A DNA stretch of 64,000 nt from Candidatus Azotimanducaceae bacterium (lineage in GTDB: Bacteria; Pseudomonadota; Gammaproteobacteria; Pseudomonadales; Azotimanducaceae). Of this stretch, positions 42,728-53,084 are shown in pieces. Below the pieces are notes generated by a model that was not told the DNA's origin, did not search any database, and was given only the letters and a program-made list of their open reading frames with translations. Both the position numbers and the translations under genes were made by a program. Within the stretch, counting starts at the first letter, position 1, and each line of letters starts with the position of its first letter. The stretch spans positions 49,037 to 113,036 of the forward strand of contig CBDBHT010000004.1 of NCBI GenBank assembly GCA_965205965.1. The letters are read 5' to 3'.

Positions 42728-43666
42728 ACTAAGCGTAGATTGCCATAACCCATGCTGAAACGCAAGTGTTTTTTTGAAGAATCCCAACATAACCGAATAT
42801 CTTTCCGTATATCAACCGGTTACACGATATCCTCAAAGACCAGGATCCCTTTCCGCTAATCCGAATGCCATTGGCGGAGGTAGTGGGCGTCGTACTTCTC
42901 CGGCGACCCGGGGCGTACTGGCAACTTCTCGCGGACTTCCGCCACAAGCTGCTTGCTCATCTCGTCCATGCACACCACCGGATGCCGCGGGTCGTACGGC
43001 CGCTGGTATACCTTGAGCACCCGCTCCACGCCGGCCACGAAATGGTGGCTTTGCTGCTTCGGAATGCACCACATTTCCCGCCGCCACGGTTTCAATTCGT
43101 TTTTTTTAACGCCTGCCGCACAGTCTCCTCGCAAATCGATTCGACCACTTCAAGCCGCACCAGCTCTTCCGCCAGCAGCTTCACGGTCCACCGAACACGG
43201 CCTTCCGGTGGAACCGAACAGGCCACCTGAACCAGACGCGCTTCCTTCTCCCCATCCAGCTTCTTCGGCACCGGAGGCAACGGCCGAGGCCTACGCTCCA
43301 GAGCCACCATCGGCCCCTGCTCCACGGCCCGCCGACGCACGTGCTGGCAGGTCCGCTCCGGTCACCCCCAGCGCATACACCACCTGCCCGTCCGTCAGTG
43401 CCGGGCCAGCGACCCCCTGATCCACAGCCAGCAGAATCCGTGCACGCTGCAGCTTCGTCGCCGACACCGCACGACGCGTGCTCGACTTCAGCACCGCTTC
43501 CAACTCATCCCGCTCATCCTGAGCTAACTCCACCATGTATTTCTTCGGCATCGAATCCTCCTGATCCCAGAACCCCTTCCAATCCACTATTATAAACACG
43601 TATTATTAGAACGGGCAGCCTACTAGAATACAAGGCAGTGCAGTAGTCGGAAATGTGGTATCGTTC

Positions 43667-44024
43667 CGGCAATTCCCCGTATAGTTTCATTTTGGGCTTG
43701 ACGTCGGTCTTTCCGTGTTTTGGTACGGGAAACCGATGTTTTCAGACGGTTCACATGGCATGTCGTCGTGCATTGAGACGGGTTCCAGGTGCCGATATAC
43801 GGGACCCTTGACCGTCAGAGCGGCATGGGGCCTCGGGACGTCCCGATGGGTTGATCCAGCAGCTCGGGAGGTGGTCGGCCGTCAGGACGTATCGTAGGCA
43901 ATGTACGCGGTGTAGACCCCGAGGGGGCGTGGCCGTACAGTTTGCTTCCAAGTTGCACAGAAGGCTACCGCACAGAAACTGCTGCGTAGGCATTTCCACG
44001 CCGCGGTTCGGGTGCAGCACTTGG
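43667..44024 (-). mobile_element. solo 3'-end fragment (about 360 bp) of IS4-type lineage C
   Basis: It starts with the IR variant CGGCAATTCCCCGTATAG. It is the reverse complement of about 59235-59596 (right end of the intact copy). Homology stops near 44024. Confidence 0.8.
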
Positions 44025-44418
44025 TCGATCTACCCGCCAGGTGGACAAGTACACTCTATACCGCACTAACGAGAAGGGATTTCTGGGTTTCCGCTTGGAG
44101 GCTCTTAATTATCCCTTCGCCGACCGTCTTCTTTATGCGTTGCTGGCAGTATTGGATGACCAGTTTGCCGATCGTTGGCTTAAGTGCCGTACCAGTAGCA
44201 CTGCCCCAAAGCTTCTGGCCGTCGTATGAAGATATAAGTGCAACCATGTTCTCATTTCACCAGAGTACTATACGTGTGGTTTCAGTTCAGACCCTGGCGT
44301 GTACATATCACTTTCAGCTTCTCCAGCACGGAATTCATTCCGATTACCTTGGCGGCCGAATAAACCAAAGAAGTACTGTGGAAGCCATATACTTTCTTGA
44401 ATCTCTTGGCTGGGAATT

Positions 44419-44494
44419 TGGCTCCGCCTGCTGGACTTGAACCAGCAACCCACTGATTAACAGTCAGTTGCTCTACCAATTGAGCTAAGGCGGA
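44419..44494 (-). tRNA. tRNA-Asn (anticodon GTT), CCA encoded
   Basis: The reverse complement is TCCGCCTTAGCTCAATTGGTAGAGCAACTGACTGTTAATCAGTGGGTTGCTGGTTCAAGTCCAGCAGGCGGAGCCA. It folds by hand into a 7/4/5/5-bp cloverleaf with anticodon loop CTGTTAA and T-loop TTCAAGT. Confidence 0.93.
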
Positions 44495-44631
44495 ATGGTA
44501 CATAATTTTAATGGATCAACACTCTTTTTGGATAACAAAAGAAGAAGAAATGAAGATAACACAATATCCGCGCGGTGCGAATGACCGGTGGGATATTATG
44601 CATGCCTTTGAGTGAACTGCCAGCTGATTCA

Positions 44632-44952
44632 ATGCCACAAATTACGTTTATCGAGCATGATGGTACAGAGCATACAATAAATCCGAATGCTGGAAATAGC
44701 TTAATGCGAGTAGCAGTCGACAACCTCGTGCCGGGCATTGATGCTGATTGCGGGGGTGAATGCTCTTGTGCAACGTGTCATGTGATTTTGACCGAGGAAT
44801 GGTTCGATAAACTAGGTGAGCCTAGCGAAAATGAAGAAGCGATGCTTTCACTGAATCCTGAAAAGCATTCAACTTCTAGGCTATCTTGTCAAATTAAGGT
44901 TACAGACGAATTAGATGGAATCAGAGTTCAGTTACCTGAATTCCAGTTTTAG
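44632..44952 (+). CDS. 2Fe-2S ferredoxin (adrenodoxin/putidaredoxin type)
   Basis: MPQITFIEHDGTEH.., cluster motif CGGECSCATCHV and distal SRLSCQI. The ATG at 44632 is preferred over the longer ORF start at 44575. Confidence 0.85.
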   Translation: MPQITFIEHDGTEHTINPNAGNSLMRVAVDNLVPGIDADCGGECSCATCHVILTEEWFDKLGEPSENEEAMLSLNPEKHSTSRLSCQIKVTDELDGIRVQLPEFQF

Positions 44953-45675
44953 ATCTAGCAATGTACGCAAGCTAGGACAGTCATGAAATCTGAGACGGTC
45001 ACTAAAGGGTATCGCTATTTATTCGAAGCAAACAATCCTTACAACGTTAGAAATCATACATTTATATCGAACATGATTCGTCAAAAAAGCAATAAATAGA
45101 GATATCCTAAAGATATTCTGACCTCTCGCTTTTTGTATTGTGTCTAATTCAGCCGAAGAATATGCGAACGATTTCAATAACGATATTTTCGAACAACCAA
45201 CCTGTCACCGGTGTGTATTCCTGCAATAATGTAAAATGCGTTCGGAGACGACAGATTTTGATTTAATCCTTGCATTTGTACATTTTTCCAACACGGTTCA
45301 TTGCGTCGTACAAATACGACGTGTATCAGACGAATAAGCAGCAAGGTTCAAGAACAGTCACTATTCATTTCTGCACACATGCCGTTTCATGGTGTGAAAT
45401 GAAGCTATTGAGAAGTGGTGCGGAAAAATGGGACACGAACGGAGCATAGTTTAAGATACACCCGGCCTTTGTTAGGGACATGACGGGAGTATGACAACGA
45501 TGGTGAAAAGCAAACGACGGCGGCATTCGTCGGAGTTCAAGTTCAAGGTGGCGGTGGAGGCCCTGAAGGGGGATTGGACGATGGCGGAGTTATCGTCGCG
45601 GTTCGAGTTGCAGTCGACGCAGCTTCAACAGTGGAAGAAGATGCTTCTGGACGAAGGGGCACTGGTGTTTGAACG

Positions 45676-47250
45676 CAGCAATTCCCCGTATAGCCCCAAC
45701 CCCGCTATAGGTATGGACTTTGCGCATTGGCTTTCACAATAATAAGAGCGTAGGCTTATCGTTTGAGGATAGATGATAGGTTAATATAGAGTTACCAGAC
45801 AAACGAGGTATCCAAGGATGGGTGCGTTGAAGTTGCGCAAGGATGTGAGCAAACCCGGTTTGCTGCGGGTGGTTCGTGAAGTATTTGAGGCGGTCGTTGA
45901 GGAGGAAGGTGGTGGAAATGAATCTGCGTCGTCTGTACGGTCTGGCGCAGGTTCCCTGCGACACGACTCTGCGCCGTCGCCTGGATCCGATCTCGCCGGT
46001 GCGGTATCGGCGGGCGTTTCAGCAGGTTCTGCAACGCGCCCAGCGCGGCAAGGCACTGCAGCGGATGTCGGCGTGGCGCGGTCATTATCTGGTAGCCGTG
46101 GATGGTACCGGCACCTTTTCCTCCCAGCGGGTTCACGGTCCGTGCTGTCTGCGGGCCCGGCATCGCAACGGTTCGAGCACGTACTCCCATCAGCAGTTGT
46201 GTGCGGTGATGGTGCATCCGGATCAGCGGCAGGTGCTGCCGATGGCGATAGAAGCGGTTTGCAACGGGGATGGCTCGACGAAGAACGACTGCGAGCGGGG
46301 TGCCTGGGCCCGGCTAGTTCCGGTCCTGGCTTCGCTTTATCGGCGCATGAAGCTGATCGTGATTGCCGATGGGCTGTTCTCGCAGGGTCCCCAGATCCGG
46401 CTGCTGCAGGAGCATGGACTGCGCTTTCTGCTGGTGGCTCGGGCGGGCGACCATCCGCATCTGCAAGCTCAGATGGATCGTTCCGATGCGCCCTGGTTTG
46501 CAGATCCCTCGCCCGAAGGGCAGGAGCGGGATCGCCAGCTGCGCGTGGTGCCGGAGGTGGAACTGAATGCTGCGAACCCCGACCTGAGGGTCCAGGTGCT
46601 GCAGAGTTCGGAGCGGCGTGGCTCCGGCGAGGATGCGCGGCGGGCGTTCACCTGGGTCACCGATCTGCCGCTCAATCCGCATAACGCCAGCGAACTGGCT
46701 CGCGCGGCTCGCAGTCGCTGGAAGATCGAGAACGAGACCTTCAACACGCTGAAGAACGTCCAGTACCTGGAACGCAACTTCGGACACGGAACCCAGCACC
46801 TGTCGGATACTTTCGCTGCGCTGATGCTGCTGGCGTTCCTGATCGACCAGCTGCTGGAAATGGCCTGCCCGTCATGAAGCAAATCTTCGCCAAGTGCTAT
46901 ACCCGAACCGCGACGTGGGAACGTCTGCGCAGCAGTTTCTGTGCGGTAGCCTTCCGCAACTGGCAGGAACTGTACGGCCACGCCCTCGGGATCTACACCG
47001 CGTACCTCGCCTACGATACGTCCTGACGGCCGACCGCCTCTCCAGCTGCTGCTCGATGAAGAAGGGATCGGGACGTCGTCCCGAGGCCCCATGCCGCCCT
47101 GACGGTCAAGAGACCTGCATATCGATGCCCGGAACCCGTTCCAACGCACGACGACATGCCATGCAAACCGTCTGAAAACGTCGGTTTCCCGTACCGAAAC
47201 ATGAAAAGACCGACATCAAGCCCAAAATGAAACTATACGGGGAATTGCTG
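45676..47250 (+). mobile_element. IS4-type lineage C, copy 1 (defective)
   Basis: 18-bp perfect IR CAGCAATTCCCCGTATAG (45676-45693; reverse complement at 47233-47250). The flanking direct repeat TGTTTGAACG (45666-45675 and 47251-47260) lies inside IS3 orfA. Confidence 0.88.
45818..46877 (+). pseudogene. IS4-family transposase, copy 1, about 107-bp in-gene deletion
   Basis: MGALKLRKDVSKPGLLRVVREVFEA.. then goes out of frame. Relative to copy 2, the segment KVCGRKFSTGDCLMSGLAVFLEKHASLLQFDVTRQRHS is missing. The rest (45876-46877 frame) is colinear. Confidence 0.8.
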
Positions 47251-47450
47251 TGTTTGAACGTGGGTTACGGACGGCGAAGTCGCCGGAGCCGGATACGGAT
47301 GCGAACGAGCTGCACCGCAAGATTGGGGAACGGACGATGGAGCGGGACTTTCTCAAGGAAAAGCTGGTGCCCTGGATCGATCTCGGAGAACGGCGATGAT
47401 CGGCTCCGGGGCAACCCTTTCGGTGAAGCACCCATGCGAAGCTACTTGAG

Positions 47451-48290
47451 GTGGGCCGTTCGAATGACTATCGCTCACTCCGTCCCCGGTCGGTGACGGA
47501 CCGCGCTCTTCGGGATGCGATCGCGGGCATTTACGAACAGCATCCGTTCTACGGCAAGCGGCGCGTGCAGGTGGAACTGAGCAAGCAGGGACTGGAAGCG
47601 GGTGTCCGTCGCATCCGTAATCGGATGCGGGAGATGCATCTGGAGCCGATTCGTCCGAAGCCGCGAACGAGCGTATCGAGCCGGGCTCATGAGAAGTATC
47701 CGTATCTGCTGCGGAATCGTAAGATCGTGCGAAGCGACGAAGTGTGGGCTTCGGACCTCACGTACATTCCGATGCGTCGGGGATATGTGTACCTGACTTC
47801 GGTGATTGACTGGCACAGCCGTAAGGTGCTGTCGTGGCGGTTGTCCAACAGTCTGGACTCGCGCTTCTGCGTGGAAGCACTGAAGGAGGCTCTGGTGCGC
47901 TACGGCAAGCCGACCATCTTCAATACGGATCAGGGTTTCGCAGTACACCAGCGACAGCTTCCTGGATGTCCTCCGTGCGGCCGAGGTTGCGATCAGCATG
48001 GACGGCAAGGGTCGATGGCGCGACAACGTGAGAGTCGAGCGGCTGTGGCGTTCGGTGAAGTACGAGAGCGTGCATCTGCACGCCTGGAACGATCCGAAGG
48101 AGGCTCGGCAGGGGATCGATCGGGCGTTGGGTGGAGTTCTACAACCGGGAGCGACCGCATCAGGCATTGGGGTACCGAACACCCGACGATGTCTACTGGT
48201 CCGACCGGAAGGCATGGCGAAATGTGGCGTAAAAAGCGAAAAGCGAAAATTTTCACTACCCCCGCGGGGGTAGTGAAGTCCGCTGGAGTG
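47451..48290 (+). pseudogene. IS3-family orfB (integrase-core transposase), at least two frameshifts
   Basis: HPFYGKRRVQVEL, WASDLTYIPMRRGYVYL..VIDWHSRKVL, IFNTDQG, then a shift to DGKGRWRDNVRVERLWRSVKYE, then a shift to ..FYNRERPHQALGYRTP. Confidence 0.75.
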
Positions 48291-48474
48291 TATCTTAAAT
48301 CTCGCGTTAATCCGTCTCAAGAAACCGCACCACCTCAATTGATCGGTGGAATAATGCTTGCTCTTTGCGTATTCAACAGTCTTATAAAGCATTTTCTAGA
48401 AGCACTAAATTCAATGTGTCAATGAATAGGCGTCTGGGAAGACAAAGGTAGCATCAGCAGTAGAGAGGGAAGAA

Positions 48475-48915
48475 CTACGTCTCGGTAACAGCTAGACCAA
48501 TAAGATTGGCTGCATCAAGATCGAAGGCCTCAGTGACCATATTGAAAAATTGGGCTTCTCGTGAAGAAATCCTGCCGTCTATTTTTATGACGTCTGCCAG
48601 TGCTTGTACGATGGTCAGCTTTTCTTGAGTGGTGATTTCACTTCCGATTCGAGATAAATAGCGTTGTAACGGTGCTTTCTCGAAAAGATGGGAATTGGCC
48701 GCAACCCGAACATCCGCGGCCGATACTGTTTGTCCGGTTACCTCCTGCACAATTTTCTGCACCAGCTCAACTTCGATGCGCTTGATATTTGAATCAGCAT
48801 TCGTCGCACGTGCCAAAGTCATCATCACTGCTTCATCTACAATTTTTTGTTTATCTTCTGCCGTTAATTTGGTGCCAAAAAATTTACAAATTGTGTCTAA
48901 CGTTGCAATGCTCAT
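48475..48915 (-). CDS. TerB-like (tellurite-resistance TerB family) protein
   Basis: 146 aa, all-helical. Pattern ..MTLARATNADSNIKRIEVELVQKIV.. and ..ALADVIKIDGRISSREAQFFNMVTEAF.. is typical of TerB/DUF533-like co-chaperone-fold proteins. Confidence 0.6.
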   Translation of the reverse strand: MSIATLDTICKFFGTKLTAEDKQKIVDEAVMMTLARATNADSNIKRIEVELVQKIVQEVTGQTVSAADVRVAANSHLFEKAPLQRYLSRIGSEITTQEKLTIVQALADVIKIDGRISSREAQFFNMVTEAFDLDAANLIGLAVTET

Positions 48916-49900
48916 GAAACTTTATACTCTTTTGTCGGTAGTTGTAGGGGACGCCGCACAAATGTATAAATAGGGCGTTTTTTCGGCAACACAAGAGAAT
49001 GCGCTCATCGTATAACGAAATTCAGATCTAATTGTTGGGTAATTTTAAAGGTACCTTGTTATGAACTGCGTTACGAAGTTGCCTTTTAACCAAATGCAAG
49101 TTTTTAAATTATTACAAAGATATTGATCGGATAGTTCATATCTTCTTCGGGTGCCTACAAAATAAGTCCGAGATTATACGTACACGCTTATGCGGATGAC
49201 CCAAACGCATTGAACAGCGAAATATACTCAACCGTAGAATAATCCGTCTGCCAATTGCATGGGAATATAAATAAAATCGAGCAAACTGAAATCCATATCG
49301 TCACTACCAAGATCCATACGAGATATTGTCCGACAGTGGTGTTTGGAAGTAACGAATGTGGGCGGGAGATGCCCCTTACTATGCAATCTTTCCAAATCTT
49401 TAATGAACCACCCTACGGCAAATAACCAATCAGGGTAAGCGATAACATCATCACTCTCCATTTCTGAACAATTTACAATTACGACACGAAGTGTGTAAGA
49501 TTATACCCCTTTCCATCTAGAGATCTGTTAAGTTGAGCATTTACAAGCATCGACAGGGTTCGTACCACAGTTACCGTGTAGCGAGATCGATTGATGGCAC
49601 ACTCCGACAGGCGTATTTTCCACTGACCGAACACGGGTATGAGCGAGCTATAGAACAGGACAGGTTGTGGGAATCGGAACAAAAGTCTGCTCAGCTGCAT
49701 TTCACGGGTCCAGCACTCCGATGGACACCAAAAGACAAACAGGTTGCACGGGACATGAAAGGTCCGTTAGCAGTTGCATCGGTGCTTGCACGCAGAAGAT
49801 CAAATGAATCTAATTGAAATGAGTTTTTTAGATTTGGTTTGATTGAACTACTCGCGTTACTGAGCTATTAAGTGCAGACATTTTAAATGCATGATTTCAG

Positions 49901-50671
49901 CTACTTGGTGTCGACCCCAACGGGGCAATGATCTGATCCCTCGATATCAGGCCGGATAAAAGCATCCGTTATTTTACGGTCAGCGGACGGTGACGCCAAC
50001 ACATAGTCAATCCGCCATCCCACATTATTTCCCCTCGCATCTCCCCACTGCCGCCACCAAGTGTAGTGTCCAGTTTCATCTCTATGCCGCGTACGAAACG
50101 CGTCTACCCAACCCACATCAAGCCAACGTGAAATTTCAGCTCGTTCCTCGGGTAGAAAACCGCTACTTTTTTGATTCGTTTTGGGCCTGGCCAAATCAAT
50201 TTCCATGTGCGCGGTGTTGTAGTCTCCGACGACATAAATCGGCATAGAAGTACGGACTTTTTGAACGTGATCAAATACTTCGCGGTAGAACTCTAATTTA
50301 TAGCCTACGCGGCTATTGTCTCGTTCCTTTCCACTACCTTTGGGAAAGTAAACCGAAGCGATGGCTAGCTTTCCAAAATGTGCAATAATGAAGCGCCCTT
50401 CGGTATCGAATTTAGGAACGCCGAGTTCAGTTGATACCTTGGTAGGTTCCTGTCTCGTATAGATAGCAACGCCCGCGTACCCTGGCCGTTCTGCAGGGCA
50501 GAAGTATGTGAACCATCCATCTGGCTTTCGCACATTTGGCTCCAGCTGTTCAGGATAAGCTCGTACTTCCTGTAATGCCAATACGTCGGCTTGGCAAGTA
50601 TTCAAGAACTTCAGAAAACCCTTCTTCGTGCATGCACGAAGGCCGTTAACATTCCAACTTACAATTCGCAT
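49901..50671 (-). CDS. xthA: exodeoxyribonuclease III
   Basis: MRIVSWNVNGLRA, LQEVR, GDYNTAH, SDHCPV motifs of the EEP AP-endonuclease family. Confidence 0.92.
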   Translation of the reverse strand: MRIVSWNVNGLRACTKKGFLKFLNTCQADVLALQEVRAYPEQLEPNVRKPDGWFTYFCPAERPGYAGVAIYTRQEPTKVSTELGVPKFDTEGRFIIAHFGKLAIASVYFPKGSGKERDNSRVGYKLEFYREVFDHVQKVRTSMPIYVVGDYNTAHMEIDLARPKTNQKSSGFLPEERAEISRWLDVGWVDAFRTRHRDETGHYTWWRQWGDARGNNVGWRIDYVLASPSADRKITDAFIRPDIEGSDHCPVGVDTK

Positions 50672-50672
50672 A

Positions 50673-51977
50673 TCACTCCTTGTTTTTTGCCAAATCGAGA
50701 CTTACAAGCCTCACACGCTCTGGCCTCTTAGCCATTAAAAAGCAAAAAGAACCAAACACCGAGACAAAGGCCATAGTGCTAAACCCTAATATGTAGTTGT
50801 GTGTGATATCTGCCATGAAGCCAGTCACTAATGCCCCTGTAGACATCCCCACCATCACAATAAGTGATGAAAACCCCATAATCGTCCCAAAGGAGCTAGT
50901 TCCAAAATAGTCAGCCCTCAGTGCAATCATTAGTGGTCCACGCACTCCCCATCCGAGTCCATGGAGCACTGCAAAAACGACCACCATTTGCCAATTTACG
51001 GCAAACGTTACGAATAACAAAGCAATAGCGTGTGATATGAGACAAGTCGCACAGATAATTCTCTTTTCAAAGCGGTCGCCTAGATACCCTCCGATGGCCT
51101 GACCGGCGAGTTGGCAGGCGGTCATAAGAGCAATCACAAATCCCGCATGAGCTAGCGAATAATGCAATCCCTCAGTCAAATGAAATACGACATGCACGGA
51201 TACTGCAGAAACTATAAGTAGAGACAAGGCATGTCCCGCAGAAATCAACCAAAAAGCTCTTGTACGGAGCGCCTGTCTCGCAGACATATCCAGCACTGGA
51301 GATTTGTCGGAATGCGCTGGTTGTGAACGTCCTCCTGGATTGTATCCATCAGGATGGAATCGGTAGCTTTGCGGTCTGTGGCGTACAACGAAGGAAAGTG
51401 GTATTCCTACGATCAAAATCATTATTCCGGATAACAATGCCGTCGTACGCCAGCCGAGAGTGGCGAGCGCAAAAATAACGATAGGGATACAAATCCCAGA
51501 AAGCGCATAACCCATCTGCGAGATTGCTATAGCTTTTGATCGATGATGATCGAACCATTGAACGATGGGCACCATGAGCGTCAAAAATCCACCGAGGCTT
51601 GAGCCAATCGCGATTAGCAACCACGAAGCATAAAAACCCAAGATTGAATCAATTTGGCTAAAAACAATGAAACCGATGCCGAAAAGAATGTGGCCGATGA
51701 CTAATACAATACGTGGTCCATAGCGGTCCGCTAACCATCCCTGCAATGGTCCAAGCAGGCCGCTTTCGACACGAGTCATCGCAAAAGCCCCAGCCAATAG
51801 CGATTTACTCCAGCCAAAGTCTTGGTGTAGTAATACGGCGTAAGCACCATACGACTGCATCATAAAAATTCCGGCGAGAAATTGAATACAAGCTGCGCTG
51901 AGAACAATCCACCATCCATAAAAAACATGACCGTGAGGACAAACGACCTCATTGAACTTAAGCCGAAGGGCTAGCAA
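50673..51977 (-). CDS. MFS transporter
   Basis: 434 aa, about 12 TM helices, G.LADRYGPR-type loop 2-3 motif (GWLADRYGPRIV). The start codon is uncertain. Confidence 0.8.
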   Translation of the reverse strand: MLALRLKFNEVVCPHGHVFYGWWIVLSAACIQFLAGIFMMQSYGAYAVLLHQDFGWSKSLLAGAFAMTRVESGLLGPLQGWLADRYGPRIVLVIGHILFGIGFIVFSQIDSILGFYASWLLIAIGSSLGGFLTLMVPIVQWFDHHRSKAIAISQMGYALSGICIPIVIFALATLGWRTTALLSGIMILIVGIPLSFVVRHRPQSYRFHPDGYNPGGRSQPAHSDKSPVLDMSARQALRTRAFWLISAGHALSLLIVSAVSVHVVFHLTEGLHYSLAHAGFVIALMTACQLAGQAIGGYLGDRFEKRIICATCLISHAIALLFVTFAVNWQMVVVFAVLHGLGWGVRGPLMIALRADYFGTSSFGTIMGFSSLIVMVGMSTGALVTGFMADITHNYILGFSTMAFVSVFGSFCFLMAKRPERVRLVSLDLAKNKE

Positions 51978-52233
51978 AACAATCGCTCCGAGTTGGCGGT
52001 AGAGATGTTACGAAAAGTACTTCCGATCAATGGGAAAGCATTCCCTATTTAATGGTACTGAAAGCGCATTTTCAGTCGCACGTGGAGGGTGAGGCATTGT
52101 TGGCCCAACCAATTGTATTCGGTAAAGTCTACGTGAAGTTGCGGTAAGATCTATAAGCAGCAAAAGTTTAAAATCAATACTGACGAAATACAATAAATCG
52201 CTAACTATCGGGCATGTAATTTATGTTTTTCGC

Positions 52234-53076
52234 TTACGATTCCAAGTGAACTGCTTCTATAACACCTTCGTTAAGTGACCCTGACCGAAATCCACTAAGG
52301 TCAAGCGATATAAAACGATACCCGCATGCACGAATTTTGAATTGCAACTGCTCTCCAATGTCTAGTGCACGATGCATTTCAGATGGAATCAGCTCGATTC
52401 TCGCGACCTCACCGTGATGCCGTACCCGAAATTGAGTGAACCCTAAGTCGGCTAATACATTTTCCGCTTGCTCAATTTGGTTGAGAATGTCTTCAGTAAT
52501 ACCTGAACCGTATGGTACACGACTAGCAAGACACGCAGCTTGGGGTTTTTCTGCATTTTCCATCCCTAAGTACCTTGCTAGCTTCCGTATATCTTGTTTG
52601 TAAAACTCGGCTTCTACAAGGGGCGAGCGGACCTTGAAGTCTTCAGCTACCATGAGACCTGGTCGATGATCACTTAAATCATCGACGTTTGTTCCATTAA
52701 GAATAACCGGGTAGTCCTCATTGCTTGCAATTTCAGATAAACTGGAATAGAGTGATGCTTTACAATAAAAACACCGGTTTATCGGATTTGCTTGGTATTT
52801 ACTTTTCGAGAGTTCGTCAGTAAAGACCACACGATGGTTGAGTCCCCACTTTTTCGCAAGGTCTTTGGTTAACTGCAAATCGCTTCTTTTAATACTACGT
52901 GAGCCGGACGTTACGGCAAGCGCATTTTCGCCAAGTTCTTGATTTGTGACGAACGCTACGAGCGAACTATCTACACCACCTGAGAAAGCAATGATCGCGC
53001 GACACATTCCTTTAATAGAATTTTGTAATCTATTGTATTTATTAAATAGATCATCTGATAAATTCAGTCTAGACAT
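52234..53076 (-). CDS. larE: LarE-type ATP-dependent sulfur transferase (NPN cofactor biosynthesis)
   Basis: PP-loop AFSGGVDSS, CFYC pair, and ACLASRVPYG containing the LarE active-site Cys context. It is adjacent to larB and larC. Confidence 0.8.
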   Translation of the reverse strand: MSRLNLSDDLFNKYNRLQNSIKGMCRAIIAFSGGVDSSLVAFVTNQELGENALAVTSGSRSIKRSDLQLTKDLAKKWGLNHRVVFTDELSKSKYQANPINRCFYCKASLYSSLSEIASNEDYPVILNGTNVDDLSDHRPGLMVAEDFKVRSPLVEAEFYKQDIRKLARYLGMENAEKPQAACLASRVPYGSGITEDILNQIEQAENVLADLGFTQFRVRHHGEVARIELIPSEMHRALDIGEQLQFKIRACGYRFISLDLSGFRSGSLNEGVIEAVHLES

Positions 53077-53084
53077 GGGCTAAG

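Larger units (their letters stand above)
37245..42873 (-). mobile_element. IS4-type element encoding a DUF4338(DruA-like)-DDE fusion transposase, itself carrying nested ISs
   Basis: Terminal IR CAATGGCATTCG (37245-37256; reverse complement at 42862-42873). A 10-bp duplication GCGGAGGTAG (37235-37244 and 42874-42883) restores the IS630 sequence seen uninterrupted at 60526-60535. Its own sequence is 37245-39651 plus 42732-42873. Confidence 0.85.
36753..43623 (-). mobile_element. IS630-family element, copy b (about 1.24 kb of own sequence), split by a 5.6-kb nested insertion
   Basis: Ends GTAGTTTAACTGG.. (36753-) and ..GGGCAGCCTAC (-43623), homologous to copy a (60040-61269). Each end is flanked by TA (36751-52, 43624-25). 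Transposase halves lie at 36758-37244 and 42874-43599. Confidence 0.85.
45409..48337 (+). mobile_element. IS3-family element (own length about 1.35 kb) interrupted by an IS4-type lineage C copy
   Basis: Ends TGAGAAGTGGTGCGG (45409-) and CCGCACCACCTCA (-48337) give the IS3-type TG..CA termini. OrfA starts at 45491 and resumes after the nested IS at 47251. OrfB is at 47451-48290. No clean 3-bp duplication was found, so the ends are approximate. Confidence 0.7.

Noticed and set aside
43624-44494. tRNA-Asn-associated genomic island or prophage.
   Set aside because: No integrase, att-like partial tRNA repeat or phage genes were found. Only IS elements and a solo IS end lie next to the tRNA.
45380-45408. 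Extending the IS3 left end about 30-60 bp further upstream, because the three copies share short low-GC matches there (GAAGCTA, TGCCGT).
   Set aside because: The matches are short and not colinear in all three copies. The TG..CA termini at TGAGAAGTGGTGCGG / CCGCACCACCTCA give a consistent inverted repeat. The lack of a clean 3-bp duplication leaves the exact ends uncertain.
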